Shown: positions 12,621 to 25,304, numbered from the stretch's first letter. The stretch is 64,000 nucleotides of DNA from Hyaloraphidium curvatum SAG 235-1 (GCA_025558095.1 JAIVFI010000022.1:558001-622000), one strand, 5' to 3'. Notes: generated from the sequence alone by a model not told the origin. A program made the numbers and translations.

Positions 12621-13220
12621 ATGTCGGATCTGCCCCCACGCGACGCCGACGGGCGATACTTCTTTCCAATAGCCATTCGCATCTGCTCCTCGTGGCCCGC
12701 CGACGCGGAAGAGCCCGTCTTCGGGGACCAGGGCCCGCGCTGTGGAACCTATGTGTCGGACGAAGCCGTCCCCGAGGGCAAAGACGGATACCAGACCGTC
12801 ATCCAGATGGCCACGGCTTCGTCTCGGGAAGTTCTGCTCGAGACCCTCGGCTCGAGACCCTGGTTCTGTATCGCCTGCGGGGTGCCGACGACCAACTTCG
12901 TCGGGACCAACTCCATCATCCCCCCCTGGCCCTTTGAGATCGTCTCGGACACCTTCCCCGTCTGCAGAGGCTGCGAACATGCCGTCATTCGCCGGTGCAA
13001 CGCCCGTTCCAAGCGCAGCGTCGAACCGGTGCGGGACTACAAGTTCAAGCTGGGGATCGCATGCCGGGGGTGCAGGGACTTCACGAAGGACAGGACAACG
13101 TTCCAGAGGTGCTCGCGATGCAAGGCGGCATACGACTGCTCCGCAGACTGCTTCCGCCGGGACTGGACGAAGCACAAGGAGGTGTGCCGGCCGCCGACGA
13201 AGCCGGCGCGGGACGGCTAG
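12621..13220 (+). CDS. MYND zinc-finger protein of the local expanded family (intact)
   Basis: C-terminal CRGC..CSRCKAAYDCSADCFRRDWTKHKEVC; upstream ICSSWPADAEEPVFG and CIACG..WPF..DTFPVCRGC module. Confidence 0.9.
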   Translation: MSDLPPRDADGRYFFPIAIRICSSWPADAEEPVFGDQGPRCGTYVSDEAVPEGKDGYQTVIQMATASSREVLLETLGSRPWFCIACGVPTTNFVGTNSIIPPWPFEIVSDTFPVCRGCEHAVIRRCNARSKRSVEPVRDYKFKLGIACRGCRDFTKDRTTFQRCSRCKAAYDCSADCFRRDWTKHKEVCRPPTKPARDG

Positions 13221-13402
13221 AATCGTCATTCGCGAGCGAAATACATTTCGCCATAGCATGAAGGCTATGCAGATTGATTGTTTTCGATTCCATCAATACG
13301 TCCTTGAAACGATTGATTTCACTCCACTGGGGCGGCGTTCACTTCTGCACTTCTGTGAGAAGCCGGCGTCGCTTTGTCCGACACGTAATCACGCCGAACG
13401 CA

Positions 13403-13857
13403 ATGTCCGGCCGGCCCGCTCCCGACGCTAACGGCAACTATTGGGTGCCCGTCATCATCCGCATCTCCTCGTTTTGGCCGGCCGATGCCGACGAGCCCGC
13501 CTTTGGGGAGTGCGAGCCGCGCCGCGGGATCTATGTGCCGAGCGACGAAAACGAGAGCGCGGCCGCCGTCGAGACCGTCCTGGAACTCGCCGCACCCGGC
13601 ACGGACAAAATCGGCACTCCATGCTCGCCCGCCAGCCCCGCTTCTGCACGGGCTGCGGCGCCGGGACCGAAGCCTCGCTCTCCGTCTTCAGGCTCCGGCA
13701 CACCGACTGGCCCTGGGAGATCTACGCGGACTTCTTCCCAGTCTGCAGCCACACGGATTGTCAGCAATCCCTGACCCGGAGGTGCAAGGCACGCCACAAA
13801 CGAAGGAAAGCCGTCGAGCTCGTAGACGGACTGTCTCGAGAACGAAATGCAAGGTAG
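13403..13857 (+). pseudogene. Frameshifted, MYND-less tandem copy of the 12621-13220 gene
   Basis: ISSFWPADADEPAFG and PRFCTGCG..WPWEIYADFFPVC lie in different frames (shift near 13600-13625); stops before the MYND finger. Confidence 0.75.
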
Positions 13858-13894
13858 AAGAAGAATCTGTCTATTCTAGATCTCGTGCGCGACA

Positions 13895-15047
13895 TCACGC
13901 CTCCTCCTGCTCTCGGATCGTGGAGTAGTCCGTGTAGCCCTTCTCGCCGGGCGTGTAGAAGGTCGCGAAATCAGGCTGCGCGAGCTCGCTGCCCGACTTG
14001 ATCCGCTCCACGAAGTCGGGGTTGGCGATCAGCGGCCGGCCAAAGGCAACGAGATCCGCCCGCCCTTCGGCAATGTCCTTGGACGCGCGCTCGGCGTCAT
14101 AGCCGCCCGAGAGGATCAGGCAGCCGTCAAAGGCGCCGCGGATCTTGGTCTTGATGTCGGCGTCGACGGCGGGGGCGCCCATCGACGAGTGGTCCACGAT
14201 GTGGATATAGCCGACCTTGCCGGAGAGCGTGGCGACGAGCTTGAGGTACTGCGAGTCGTAGGCGGCGTCGTAGGGCTGATCGTTGAAGACACCGTAGGGG
14301 CTGATGCGGATGCCGGTGCGGGCGATGCCGATCTCTGGAAGCGGACCTGTCAGCAATGGCTCGTTGTCATACTAAAGAGCGATGGGACCCACCCTTGGAG
14401 ATGGCCTCGACGACCTCGACAGCGAAGCGGTTCCTGTTTTCCTCGCTGCCCCCGTACTCGTCCGTGCGCTGGTTGCTCGTCGGGCGCAGGAACTGCTCGA
14501 CCAGGTAGCCGTTGGCGCCGTGAACCTCGATCCCGTCGAACCCGGCCTCCTCCACCGCCCTCTTGGCTGCCTTGGCGTGGATCTGCACCAGATCCTTCAC
14601 CTCGGCCGTGGTCAGCTCCCTGGGCACGGGGTGGTCGAGCATGCCCTCGTTGTCGGTGTAGATCTTGCCCGCGGCCGCGACGGCCGACGGGGCGACGACC
14701 TCGGCGCCCTCCGCCATGTTCACCGGGTGCCCGATGCGGCCGGTGTGCATCATCTGCAGGAAGATCCTGCCGCCCCGTGCGTGCACGGCGTCGGTGACCT
14801 TCCTCCACGCCCGCGCGTGCTCGGCGTTGGCGATGGCCGGCATCCTCGCGTAGCCGGCGCCGTTGAAATCGGGGGAGGTGCCCTCCGTGACGATCAGCCC
14901 GACCGACGCGCGCTGGCCGTAGTACGTGGCCATGATGTCCGTGGGCGCCTGAGCGGCCGTGGCGCGGTTGCGGGTCATGGGCGCCATGACGGCGCGGTTG
15001 GCGAGGTCGACGAGGCCGCCGAGCTTGTAGGGGGTGAAGAGGGCCAT
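13895..15047 (-). CDS. Old yellow enzyme / NemA-type NADH:flavin oxidoreductase
   Basis: NRAVMAPMTRNRA, GFDGIEVHGANGYL, RTDEYGGS, AFGRPLIANPD, TFYTPGEKGYTDY; intron 14335-14392. Confidence 0.95.
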
Positions 15048-15529
15048 GGTGGCGGGGAGGTTGGAACGACGGTACTAGAGAGAGGGAGAGATGCGATGCG
15101 GCAGCTGGAGTGGAAGGAGAAGAGCTCCTGTCTTTCCACAAGTCCGGGTCGGCGGCGGCCTCTTATCCCTCGTCGGGCTCGGAAGTTTGGAAACCGTGCT
15201 CTCGTCAGCGTTTAGGCGAATTTGCCCGGCGGTCCGGTCCCGAGATTCCGCGAGCGGGCCGCATTCGGTGGCTGACGAAACGCATCGGCCGGTCGCGCCA
15301 CCGGGGGCAAATCCGGAACCCGAGGATGGCGGCCAAAAGGTGTAACAAAAGGCGCTCTCGCACACTCGAAGAGGATTCTCGAAACACACAAACTTTAATC
15401 GAGAGAAGCCGATGGATCATTGACACCGTGGTTGCGAGGGACACTGGTCTTTCGGTGCTAGATATGGGCTCGCGCAAACTGCCAAAAGCCTTACACAATA
15501 GAATAGTTCCTAATGAAGGCCAGCTAGCG

Positions 15530-17584
15530 TTACGTGCAGACCGTCACGGTGACGGGCGTTGCCACCACGGTGCTCGTGCTCGTCGATGCCACCGAAACGG
15601 TCGTCGTGATGGTCACGGTGAGAGGGACGTCCGGTGGCCCGGCGGTGGGATCGAAGCAGGCCGCAACGGCTCCCTGGACCGCATCGGTCAGCCTCCGCAG
15701 CTTACCACGGGCAGCACTCCAGCGTTGACTCACCTCTCCGGTCCCGCAAAGGTCGTAAGCCACGGCGCACAGCGAGTCGTCGATCGTCGCGCATTCTTCC
15801 GTCTGCCTGGCCCTCAGCCTCCTCCGCGCCGCCTCGGCCCCCAGCTTCCCCACTTCCAGCCTCGTTCCGATCGCCTCCCAGGGCTTCGCTGCCGCCGGCG
15901 CAGCCTCCTGCACCACCCTCGCCGCCGCCGCCCTCGCACCGCCCAGCAACCCGCTCCTCCCCTCCCACCTCCCGTTCCACCCCTCCACCCCGCTCAGCAC
16001 CGCCACGTTCCACGCCCGCTCCATCTTGCGCACACGCGCGAGGCTCCACGTGGCGTTGATCCGCCGGGGCGGACCCCACGGGCCCGCGGCTTGGTACCCG
16101 ATCCGCGGCCGGGAGGCGGCGCTGGCGTTGAGGTTGCGGCGGGACCAGAGGGGGAGGGCGCGGTTGACAAACACGGCGCGCTTGACCCAGGCGTTGGACT
16201 TGGGTTGCGGAGTCGTGCGGCGGCGTGTGGTTGTGCGGGGGGAGGAGGAAGCCCGCGCGGCGGGGTGGGCCGCGAGGAGGACGTTGACCTGTGCGACCTG
16301 CGCGCCGGTGGGGTAGCTGAACGTGCCCAGCGACCGCACCGCGAGCTTGTCGAACACGTGGAACGTGCCCGACGGGAACGCCCGCGCGTCGAACCGCACC
16401 AGGCCGTCGGCGTCGGTCACCCCCTCGGCGCGGAGCACCGCCCCCCTCCCCCGCATGCGGACGAGCTGCACCGCGCGGCGGGCCAGCGGGGCGTCGGCAG
16501 GGTCGTACATGCCGTTGGCGTTGGCGTCGCGGAAGAGGCGGGCGAGGACGACGACGCGGTGCGGGCGGGCGGGGTCGAGAGCGGGGCCGGGGCGGCGGGT
16601 GGTGCGGGAGCGGGTGGTGCGGCGGCGGGTGGTCCGCTTGGGGGGGTTGGCGGCGGGTTGGGTGGTGCGCGCGCCCGAGTTGAGGCGGGCGAAGCGGGCG
16701 GCGGAGGTGATCTGCGAGGCGGGGTCTAACCCGGCAGGGCAAATATCAAGCTGGGTGGCGGACGATTTGGCATTGGAGACCCACAGCAGAGGTATGAGCT
16801 GCCCGGCGTCGCCGATCCCGTCGCCGTCGTCACAGTGACGGTGATGGACGCCGTCGAGGTGGTCTCCTCGGTGGCGTATTCGATGACAAAGTCCTGCCTG
16901 TCAACGCACCGGGTCGGGGGACGAAGACGAAGCGGGGTCAGAAGAAGCTCATCTGTGCCTCGAACCTCAAACCCACCTCGTCTCGGTCCTCGTGGACGTC
17001 ACGGTGGTTGTCGTGGACCCGCCGACGGTCACGGTACACGTCCACCACCTCCCGGCCAGGTGCACGGGGCCGGCCTCTTCCGGCACTGTGCTGACCTCTT
17101 CCACGGCCCTCCCCGCATCATCTGAATATTCGGCCTCGGGCTCGACGCTCCTTTTGAGCAGGGCACGCGGAACCTCGCCGTCGGCGACCTCGTGGAACGA
17201 GGCCGACAGCGGCAGCGCCGATGGGTCGTTTGCCTTCCCGGAACTGTCCCCCTCCCCGGAGAATGCGCGTCGGAGGCGATGCAGTGCAAAGGCGATTCTG
17301 TTTATGGTCCCCGGCTCGGCGGTTTCGGTGACGACGGCGGTGACAGTCCGGGTGAGCCGCACGGTGTGCCGCGGGGGGCAGCTGTCGCCGGCCGGTCCCT
17401 CTGCACCGCCAGCAATCACTGCATTGCCCAGGGCGGAATCCGATGCGGCGGCGGCGGCGAACAGTGCGGAAACGGCGAGAACCGCGAGGAGCGCGGCGGC
17501 GATCCGCGGGCGGCCGTGCGGAACCGCGATGCGCGGCGGATCCCGCTGGCGCCGGCGGGGCGCGGCCTCCGCTGACAATCGCAT
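15530..17584 (-). CDS. Putative secreted/surface protein with Thr/Val-rich segments and an SdrD-B-like domain
   Basis: Hydrophobic N-terminal segment, repeated C-TVTV-type Thr-rich motifs, LFRDANANGMYDPADAPL..VTDADG motif; exon structure only partly resolved. Confidence 0.5.
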
Positions 17585-17829
17585 CTCGCGGCGACGGCCG
17601 CGATGTCAGAGCCGGCCCCCGAGGGGCGTCGACAGGAGGGGGGCACTCGGGGGGGATCTCGGCGGCTGGTGCACAGGCGCCGACGGAGACGTTTGGTCGT
17701 CACAGGCACCAAAGGCGCCCGGCGCTGTCGCGACGGGGATACCGTCTCTCTGATTAAGGCGCGCAAGCAGCTTCTCTACCATCCATTAGGTGTTTAATCT
17801 ACGTCTAGTCCGTCTGTCTGGGCCCATCG

Positions 17830-18867
17830 TCACTTGGTGGGACGCCCAGCGGCCCGCGCCTCGGCCGCGTCCAGCTCCCGGATCCACCCCGCCTTCTTCT
17901 CCTCCGGCGCCCAGCACGCGTCGATGCTGTTGCGCAGCACTCTGTGCCAGGTCTCCAGGTCCCACCCGAAAGCCCGGTGCACTTCGCGGATCACGTGGTC
18001 CAGGTACCCGCCAAAGTAGGCGGGGTCGTCGCTGTTGAGGCACACCTTGACGCCGGCGGCGAGCAGCACGGGCAGCGTGTGGTCCTCCAGCTTCTTGAAC
18101 ACGCCCAGCCGCACGTTGGATACCGGGCACACCGTCAGCGGCACCCCGTCCCTCGCCAGCCTGGCCACGACCTCGGGATCCTCCGCCGCCCGCACCCCGT
18201 GGTCGATCCTCTCCACCTTCAAGACATCCAGCGCCTCGGTCACGTACGCCGCCGGCCCCTCTTCCGCCGCGTGCGCCGTCAGCCTCTTGCCCGCCGCGCG
18301 GCACTCGGCGTATACCTTGGCGAACTTGGCCGGCGGGTTGCCCCGTTCCCCCGAGTCCAGCCCGACGCCGTCGATCCGGTGCAGGTGCGGCCGCGCGGCC
18401 TCGAACAGCTCCAGCGCGTCCGGCTCGGGGAGGTGCCGCAGGAAGCACATCACGAGCCCCGCGTCGATCCCCAGCTCCTCCCTCCCCCGCGCGATGCCCT
18501 TTTCCAGCCCGCCCAGAACGGTCTCGAATGCGATGCCCCGCGGGATGTGCGACTGCGGGTCGAACGAGATGTCGGCGCGGACCACGCCGGCCCTCTTCGC
18601 GCGCGAGAGATAGTCGAACGCGAGCTCGGCGAAATCGTCCTCGGTCCTGAGGGCCTCGGCGCACGCGTAGTACAGGTCGAGGAATCCCTGCAGGTCGTGG
18701 AAGGCCATCGCGGCGCGGAGGGCGTCGGGCGACGCGAAGGGCAGGGTGAGGCCGTTGCGCGCCGCGAGGCGGAAGGCGAGCTCCGGTTCGAGGGTGCCCT
18801 CGATGTGCAGGTGCACCTCGGCCTTGGGCGCCGTCAGCGCGAATTCCAGAGCGGCGGAGGAAGCCAT
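17830..18867 (-). CDS. AAH1: Adenine/adenosine deaminase, intronless
   Basis: PKAEVHLHIEGTLEPE, TAHAAEEG, ERIDHGVR, NSDDPAYFGGY. Confidence 0.92.
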   Translation of the reverse strand: MASSAALEFALTAPKAEVHLHIEGTLEPELAFRLAARNGLTLPFASPDALRAAMAFHDLQGFLDLYYACAEALRTEDDFAELAFDYLSRAKRAGVVRADISFDPQSHIPRGIAFETVLGGLEKGIARGREELGIDAGLVMCFLRHLPEPDALELFEAARPHLHRIDGVGLDSGERGNPPAKFAKVYAECRAAGKRLTAHAAEEGPAAYVTEALDVLKVERIDHGVRAAEDPEVVARLARDGVPLTVCPVSNVRLGVFKKLEDHTLPVLLAAGVKVCLNSDDPAYFGGYLDHVIREVHRAFGWDLETWHRVLRNSIDACWAPEEKKAGWIRELDAAEARAAGRPTK

Positions 18868-19012
18868 TCCGGGAACGATTGCCAAGCGCGAGATACACGG
18901 CCCCCAAGGGAGTTTGAAGGGGACGCCAACAATCCTACTCACGGACAGCTTCGCACAGCGCTGGCCTTAGGATGCAAGTCTCTTCACATTTCCTCATCGA
19001 TCGCTCCACAGT

Positions 19013-19976
19013 TCACGCCGCCGACTTAATGAACTCCGTCACGTGCCTCACCATCTGCCCGTTGGCCCAATCCGACACCACGTCGTGCGAAAGCCCCGGT
19101 ATCATCACCAGCTTCGAGCCGGGCACCGCCCGTGCCGTGACCTCCCCCGCAGCCGGGTGCACCAGCGGATCGTCGGCGCCGTGAAGAACCAGAAACGGCA
19201 CGCGGACCCCCGCGAGCGCCTCGATGCGGGACGGCGTGGCGACAGTTGCGGCGAGGTGCCTGGATGCGGCGGCCGGGTCCATCGGGGCCCAGGCAATGTG
19301 CTCGGTGGCCGCGGCGAGGAGCTGCTCATCCGATGCGGGGCCCCCCGGGGAGTTGATCGGGCGCAGCAGGGCCAGCCGGGTGGCGATCTGGTCCTCCGTC
19401 GACATGGAGGGGGCCGGCGCCAACAGCAGGCCCGTCAGAGAGGGGTCGGCCGGCGGGATGGAGGGGTCGCCGGGCGCAGAGGGCGTGCCCATGTATGCGG
19501 TTACGGTGATGCTCTTTTCGGGATGGTGGATGGCGAAGAGCTGCGCGATGGAGGCCCCTGGACGGCGCGCAACGATCAAGAAGATCACAGAGCGAAACGC
19601 TGTAAGATTCCGTACCCATCGAGACACCGACGATGTGGGCCTTGTCGATGCCAAGCGCCGCAAGTATCGCAGCGGCGTCATCTGCCATATCCTTGAGGGT
19701 ATACGCGGCCCCGTCGAACGGCTTGCCTGCCCCTATTGCAGCCATAATGGCGCCCATGTCCGCGGGCCCGTGCTGCGACAGGCGCTCGGACCTCCCAGCA
19801 TCGCGGTTGTCGAAGCGGATGACGCGGAAGCCGTGGTCGACGAGACCTTGTACAGCCGTGCGCGCCCACGCGACCATCGGGAACGAGAATCCCATGATCA
19901 ACAGGACTGGGGGCCCATCTCGGGGACCGTGCTCGTCGTATTCAAACTCGAGGCCGTTGGCCTTGACGCGCGGCAT
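19013..19976 (-). CDS. Alpha/beta-fold hydrolase (esterase-like)
   Basis: RFDNRDAGRS, GVSMG nucleophile elbow, HGADDPL, PGLSHD; intron 19558-19615 restores the frame. Confidence 0.92.
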
Positions 19977-20096
19977 CTCTGGAGACGGTGGCCCGGCGGG
20001 TGCTGCTCAACGGGATGCCTGGAGTTGCGGAGGTTTCCAGCGAAGGTTCCTCCCAGAACCGGGCGGCTTGGCTGTCTCCCTCAGCTATGTCTCCCG

Positions 20097-20729
20097 ATGG
20101 GACTCCCAACGGACCCGGACGCTACCGACCATGCTGGGCGCCCATTGGACCTTGCAGCCATCGCCGGGCGCGACAGTGCGGCGGCGCTGCTGGCGGGATT
20201 CGACCCTGGGAACGCGGTTGACCGGCAGACGGTTTTCGACGCGCTGGACCAGCTTGTCGAGCGCTACCTGGCCCCCGCCGCGGACTGCCGGCAGGCGGGA
20301 GACCGTTTCGGCCTCTTTGATCTGGGTGCCGCTGCGGGGACCGAGCTTTCTGGGCTTCTGGCGGGGCTGTTCGAGGGACAGCTGCCTCCCTTCCCCGCTG
20401 AGCCGTCCGACGAGCAGCTCCGCGCCGCGCTGGCATTTGTGGACATTGCCGTGCCCGACGCGTCGCAGAGGGCCATGGTGCAAAAGTGCCGGGCAGCCAA
20501 CCACGCCGCGCTGGCCGCGATCCGGCTGGTCGGGTTCCTGAAGGCGCCGCTGCTGTCGCCCCCCGGGTCCCCCGCGTTGCCCCGCAGCCTCATGATGGCA
20601 GAGCGGGAGCAACTGGCCACGATGCGATCGGAGTTCCTCCCGGAGCCGGTCGGAGAGAACCTGCGCTGGCTGGACCAGCTGCTTTCGCGCCATATTGGGT
20701 GGACAGCGGATGCCGGCCATGGCGATTGA
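20097..20729 (+). CDS. Hypothetical protein with a possible single ankyrin-like motif at the N-terminus
   Basis: Coding-like composition; DATDHAGRPLDLAAIAGRDSAAALLAG. Confidence 0.45.
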   Translation: MGLPTDPDATDHAGRPLDLAAIAGRDSAAALLAGFDPGNAVDRQTVFDALDQLVERYLAPAADCRQAGDRFGLFDLGAAAGTELSGLLAGLFEGQLPPFPAEPSDEQLRAALAFVDIAVPDASQRAMVQKCRAANHAALAAIRLVGFLKAPLLSPPGSPALPRSLMMAEREQLATMRSEFLPEPVGENLRWLDQLLSRHIGWTADAGHGD

Positions 20730-21020
20730 TCCCGACGTCCGTTTCAAACGAAGCACGGTCGCCTTTAAGCCGGGCTTGAAGGTTCTGGGGTCTGTCCGCC
20801 AGCTCTGACCTGAGCAGAGCATAGGAGCCGGCTCCCGTCGTCGTAGCCGTGAGGGGACCGGGTCTCGGACAGCTCGATGCCCATCGCTTGCTGCTTGATC
20901 CAGAGGATATGTGTCATCAGCCTTAATGTCCATAGCATCATCTGACATTTGTCGGTTGCCTTGGTCCCCGAGTTGACGCCCGTCCCCGAGAGCTCCATTT
21001 TCCCGACACGGAACGCCAAA

Positions 21021-24000
21021 ATGGAGGTCCTCGCCGCGCAGAGCGCCCCGCGCGGCAATCCAGATGAGCTCGGCAGCGCGCTTGCAGCGGACGTGCTCCC
21101 CGACACGGACCCCTCCCTCCCCGAAACCGACCCGAATTCCAGGCCTGCCAAAAGGCAGCGCGTGGACGGGGACACCGATACCCTCGTGGAGGACGACGGG
21201 AACGGGGTGGACGATGGGGAACCCGGAGAAGAGGAGGACGGGGAGGAGGAGTGGGAGGAGGAGGTCGGCGGATTCGAGGACTTCGACGGCGAGGGATACC
21301 GCCACGGCTCCCTCGTCGAGCTCGCCGAAATCCTGGCCTCCTCCGAGGGCTCCACCGCTTTTGCCGCCGAAGTTCCCCTGCCGGAGCGCAACCCGGCCGT
21401 GTCGGTGGCGGGCTTCGGCGTCGTGCCGCTCCCGCTGATCCCGGCGGTCGCCAACGGCCTCCGGCCCCACCTGGTGCCGAGCAAGTTCGGAAAGGGCACC
21501 TGAGACCCTGCTGCATGCGTCGGTGCGGACCAGCCTCGAGGCGGACCCGGGCAAGCTCGAGGTGCTCAACCTGGAGTGGGACGCCGCGGTGCAGCAGGCC
21601 GCGCGTGCGCTGGCGGACCAGCTCGGCGTGCCTCAGACCGTTGCGGTCGAGGCCCAGCTCTGGCGTCTCGTCATGTACGAGCCCGGCTCCTTCTTCAAGC
21701 CGCACAAGGACTCGGAGAAGGCCCCGGGCATGTTCGCCACGCTCGTGGTGCAGCTGCCCTGCGCCGAGGTGCAGCGCGGGGGCGGGCTCGTGGTGTCGCA
21801 CACCGGGTCGAGCAAAAGGTTCGCCGTGGCCGAGGGGAACCCGGTCTACAGGCCCGCGGCGTTCGGGTTCTTTGCGGACTGCGTGCACGACGTCGAGCGG
21901 CTGGAAGCGGGGCGGCGGCTCGTGCTCATCTACAACGTCGTCCGCTGCGGCGGCGGCCTGGTGCCCGCGCCGCCTGGGGGCGCGCAGCATGATCGCGTGG
22001 TCGAACGGCTTTCCGTCATATCCAGCTTCTGCGCCGGTCTCGGCGAGGAGGGCTTCGTGCTGTACCCCCTCGAGCACGAATACTCGGTCGCCTCTCTGGC
22101 GCACGATGGCGGTGCGGCACTCAAGGGATCCGATGCCGCCGCCTGGAGACTGCTGTCGGATCCAAACTCGGGCTTCGACGTAGCTGCGGCCGAGATCAAG
22201 CTTACCGCGTCCGGCACCGGCGACGGCGGCCGCGACGATGGATGGCACTACGAGCCGGCCACCATGGACTGGGACGAGGACGTGAATATTACCAGGACCG
22301 CCGCGATCCAAGTCGCGCTGAAGGGCATCGCGCCCTCGGTGCTGATCGGGCGGCGGGTTGAGTTCGCGACATCGCAGATGGCGCAGAGCGACGAGGATTT
22401 CTTTGGGAACCGCGAGTCTCCCGCGGACAAGGACGCCAACTTCACAGGGAATGCAGGGACCGAAGTGGGTAGCTCGCCGCCCATCTATTCACCGTCTGAT
22501 CCCACACGTCCCAGGTTGAGTACCAGTACCAAAACATGGCCCTCGTCCTCTTCCCCTCCGACCCCGAATCCACGGCCCAATTCTGCAAGCCCGAATCTGG
22601 AAAGCTGCTGGACCAGGCTTTCAAGTCGTGGCGGAACTCGAAGCCGGGAACACTCGCCCACGGCGGTGCCCTCGAGCTGCTCAAGCACTCGTTTGCCGCC
22701 GGCGTCGCGCGGATGGAGCCCGGGCAGGCGATCGGCTTGCTCAAGTCGGTCCCGCCCGAGGTCGCCAAGGGGGCGGTGGAGACGATCCTGCGGACTGGAA
22801 CCCAAATGAACGCCAGGATGATCCTCGCCGATCCCGCCCTATTGGGCCTCGTCGGGTTCGAAGAGGCGGTGAAGCTCATTTGCGCGCGCCCTCCGCGCAC
22901 GGATTCTCAGGGGGAGGCCGGACTCCTGCTCGCTCTGCTTGCGCTGGATTCGAATCCCGCCTCCGCGACCTCGGCGCAGCTGCGCCCGATGATGGAATCG
23001 GCTTTTGCCAGGGTGCTCTCGAGCGGTGCGGACCACACGATCCTCGGGAAGGTGGCCTCGCGGGCCGTGGCGGCAGGGATCGACCGGGAAGCCATGTTCA
23101 AGGCGGCCTGCACGGGTTTCTCCAATGCGCTGGCCAGGAATTCGAGCCTGCCGGATGCAGCCTCGTCGCTCGCCACCATCGCTCGGCTGGCCGAGACGAA
23201 GGAGGAGCTGGAAAAGCTGGCGGCCGCCGTGTTTGGCCAGGCGCCGGCCAAGCTCGTTTTCCTAACGTCGTGCGGCATCCTTCGGAAGACGTTCTCGCGG
23301 TTCGACGTCTGGACTGGTCTTGTCAGGCCCGCGCTCCTGCGGGCCTGTCTTCCGGGCATACCCACTTTTCGAGGAGCTTCGTTGCCATCAAAAGGATTCT
23401 GGGACCTCCTTGATGCGTGCAAATGCGATGCGGACGCGGCCACCTTCGCGGCCGCAACTTGCCGCCAGTGGGCGCAAGCAGACCCCGGCAGCGCATTCGA
23501 AGCGCTGGGCTTCGGCGCCTGGTACGGTCCGGCCCTGATCGGCGAGGTCGAGGCAGTGGTCAGACAGCGGAACCGCGTGCCCATGGAGACCGTCAACCGC
23601 ACGATCTACGCCGCCGAAGGCATGCGGCAGATCGGCCCCGCCCGGACGCAGATTTTGGACCACCTCGCGCGGGCCATGAAGGCCCTCGAGGTGCACTATC
23701 CTGCTGTCGGGCCGACCCCTTCGGGATGGACCGATCTGCACGGGTTTGCCCGGGATGTGCGGGGTCTCCCCTCCGACGTGGCGTCGTTCCTGGCCAGCGA
23801 TGCCGCCGGTGCCGCCAGGACCTTCCTCTACAAGCGCAAGATGGACCGCGACCCCGTCGCCCGCAGGCTGAAGGAGGCGGCGCCGTCAGTGCGGGTCCAG
23901 GAGGACAAGGTGGGGGCGAAGTGGACGCTGGCGCTGACCAAGACCCTCGCGGCGTACCAGGCGCGCGTGGCGAAGCGGAACCAATGGTCGTCCATGATGA

Positions 24001-24062
24001 CGCGGCTCAGGAAGCTGGGGGCGCCGACGTTGGAGGCGGCGCCGCCGATCTTGATCGAGTGA
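21021..24062 (+). CDS. 2OG-Fe(II) oxygenase-domain protein with long helical C-terminus; one frameshift
   Basis: FFKPHKDSEKAPGMFATLVVQLP, DCVHDVERLEAGRRLVLIYNV; +1 frameshift near 21500 (FGKG / ETLLHASVRTS); intron about 22465-22515. Confidence 0.8.
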
Positions 24063-24220
24063 CGTATGAAGCTTCAACAACTTCGGAATATTGAAAAGTG
24101 TACTTTCGAGCAAGTGAAACCGGTTTCATCGCCTGCGTGACGTCCGCCAGCACGCGGCCAGAGTGGCCAGTGACGCGAAGCGCGTCGCGCAATCGAACCT
24201 TGGAGAAGCGCAGGGCCGAA

Positions 24221-25126
24221 ATGACAACACAAACCCTCTCCCTGAGGATCTTCGATGGCACCGACGAGGACGCGGTTTTCACGGTGCATGCGCCGAGGCT
24301 CGAGGATCTGGCGGCGACTCGGGAAGAAGCTTTGGAGATCCTCTGCCGCAGCGTTGCAGCAGAGGCCCGGAAGCGTGCCAAGAAGTGCCACGTCTGCCGC
24401 AAAGGGCCTCTTCAAGGCTTCGCAACCGAGTTTCAATACGGGTCCGACGGAATGGAGCTCGTTGTCGTCGCCACGTGCGGGAAGGAAGCTTGCAATGAGG
24501 GAGCGGGGAAGGCGCTAATGCGGGCCGCTGAAAAGCAGCTTTGGCGCCCTGCTCCAGACGACAGCGAAGTTTCCGTCGAACTTTTCGGAGCCATTTGCTC
24601 GTCGTGCCCCGCCGACGCGCGCAACGCCACCATTGGGGATCCCGTACACCTGCGCACGATCGCGATCAGAGCTGGCTTCCTGCAAAACCTGAAGGCTGAT
24701 CCGACGCCGGCACAGCGCATCGTGAAGACGTACTTTGATCAGCTGTTACCCGAGCTCTTGAAGTCGGACCCGCAGACATGTCTCGTTTGCAGGACATCGA
24801 CTTCGCAGTACGTCACTGTCCAGACCATTGATTGGCGAGAGGGCTCCTGGACTGTGCGATCCGTCGTATTCCCGTCGTGCGAGCCTTGTTCGTCCGTGGT
24901 ACACAAAAGGGGATCCTCTTGGCAGAAATGGAACGGGCTCGAGCAAGATGGAAAGCGCATCAAGGCAACGCAAGTTTGCAACGGATGCGGGGCTTGCTCG
25001 ACGGACAAATCGAACTTTCAGAGGTGTTCCCGGTGCAAGGTCGCCTCGTACTGCTCCCGCGAGTGCCAGCGGGACCATTGGAGCGAGCACAAGAAGATCT
25101 GCCGGCCGCCTGCAGACTCCACCTAG
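24221..25126 (+). CDS. MYND zinc-finger protein of the local family, two Cys modules (intact)
   Basis: KKCHVC..VATCGKEAC, CLVC..FPSCEPC, CNGC..CSRCKVASYCSRECQRDHWSEHKKIC. Confidence 0.9.
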   Translation: MTTQTLSLRIFDGTDEDAVFTVHAPRLEDLAATREEALEILCRSVAAEARKRAKKCHVCRKGPLQGFATEFQYGSDGMELVVVATCGKEACNEGAGKALMRAAEKQLWRPAPDDSEVSVELFGAICSSCPADARNATIGDPVHLRTIAIRAGFLQNLKADPTPAQRIVKTYFDQLLPELLKSDPQTCLVCRTSTSQYVTVQTIDWREGSWTVRSVVFPSCEPCSSVVHKRGSSWQKWNGLEQDGKRIKATQVCNGCGACSTDKSNFQRCSRCKVASYCSRECQRDHWSEHKKICRPPADST

Positions 25127-25304
25127 ACGATTGATACTGTAGCTCCTCAATCACCTGATGCGAAAGCTTCGAATGACAACATCAATTCTCAATTCTCGAT
25201 ATCGGATGCCTCTTCAGCGCGAGCGGTCGTACAGAGTATGTTGGACGAGTCAACGCTGGACCCGCGGTCGCCGCGCCGCACTCCTCGCCGCAGCTCGCCC
25301 CACG

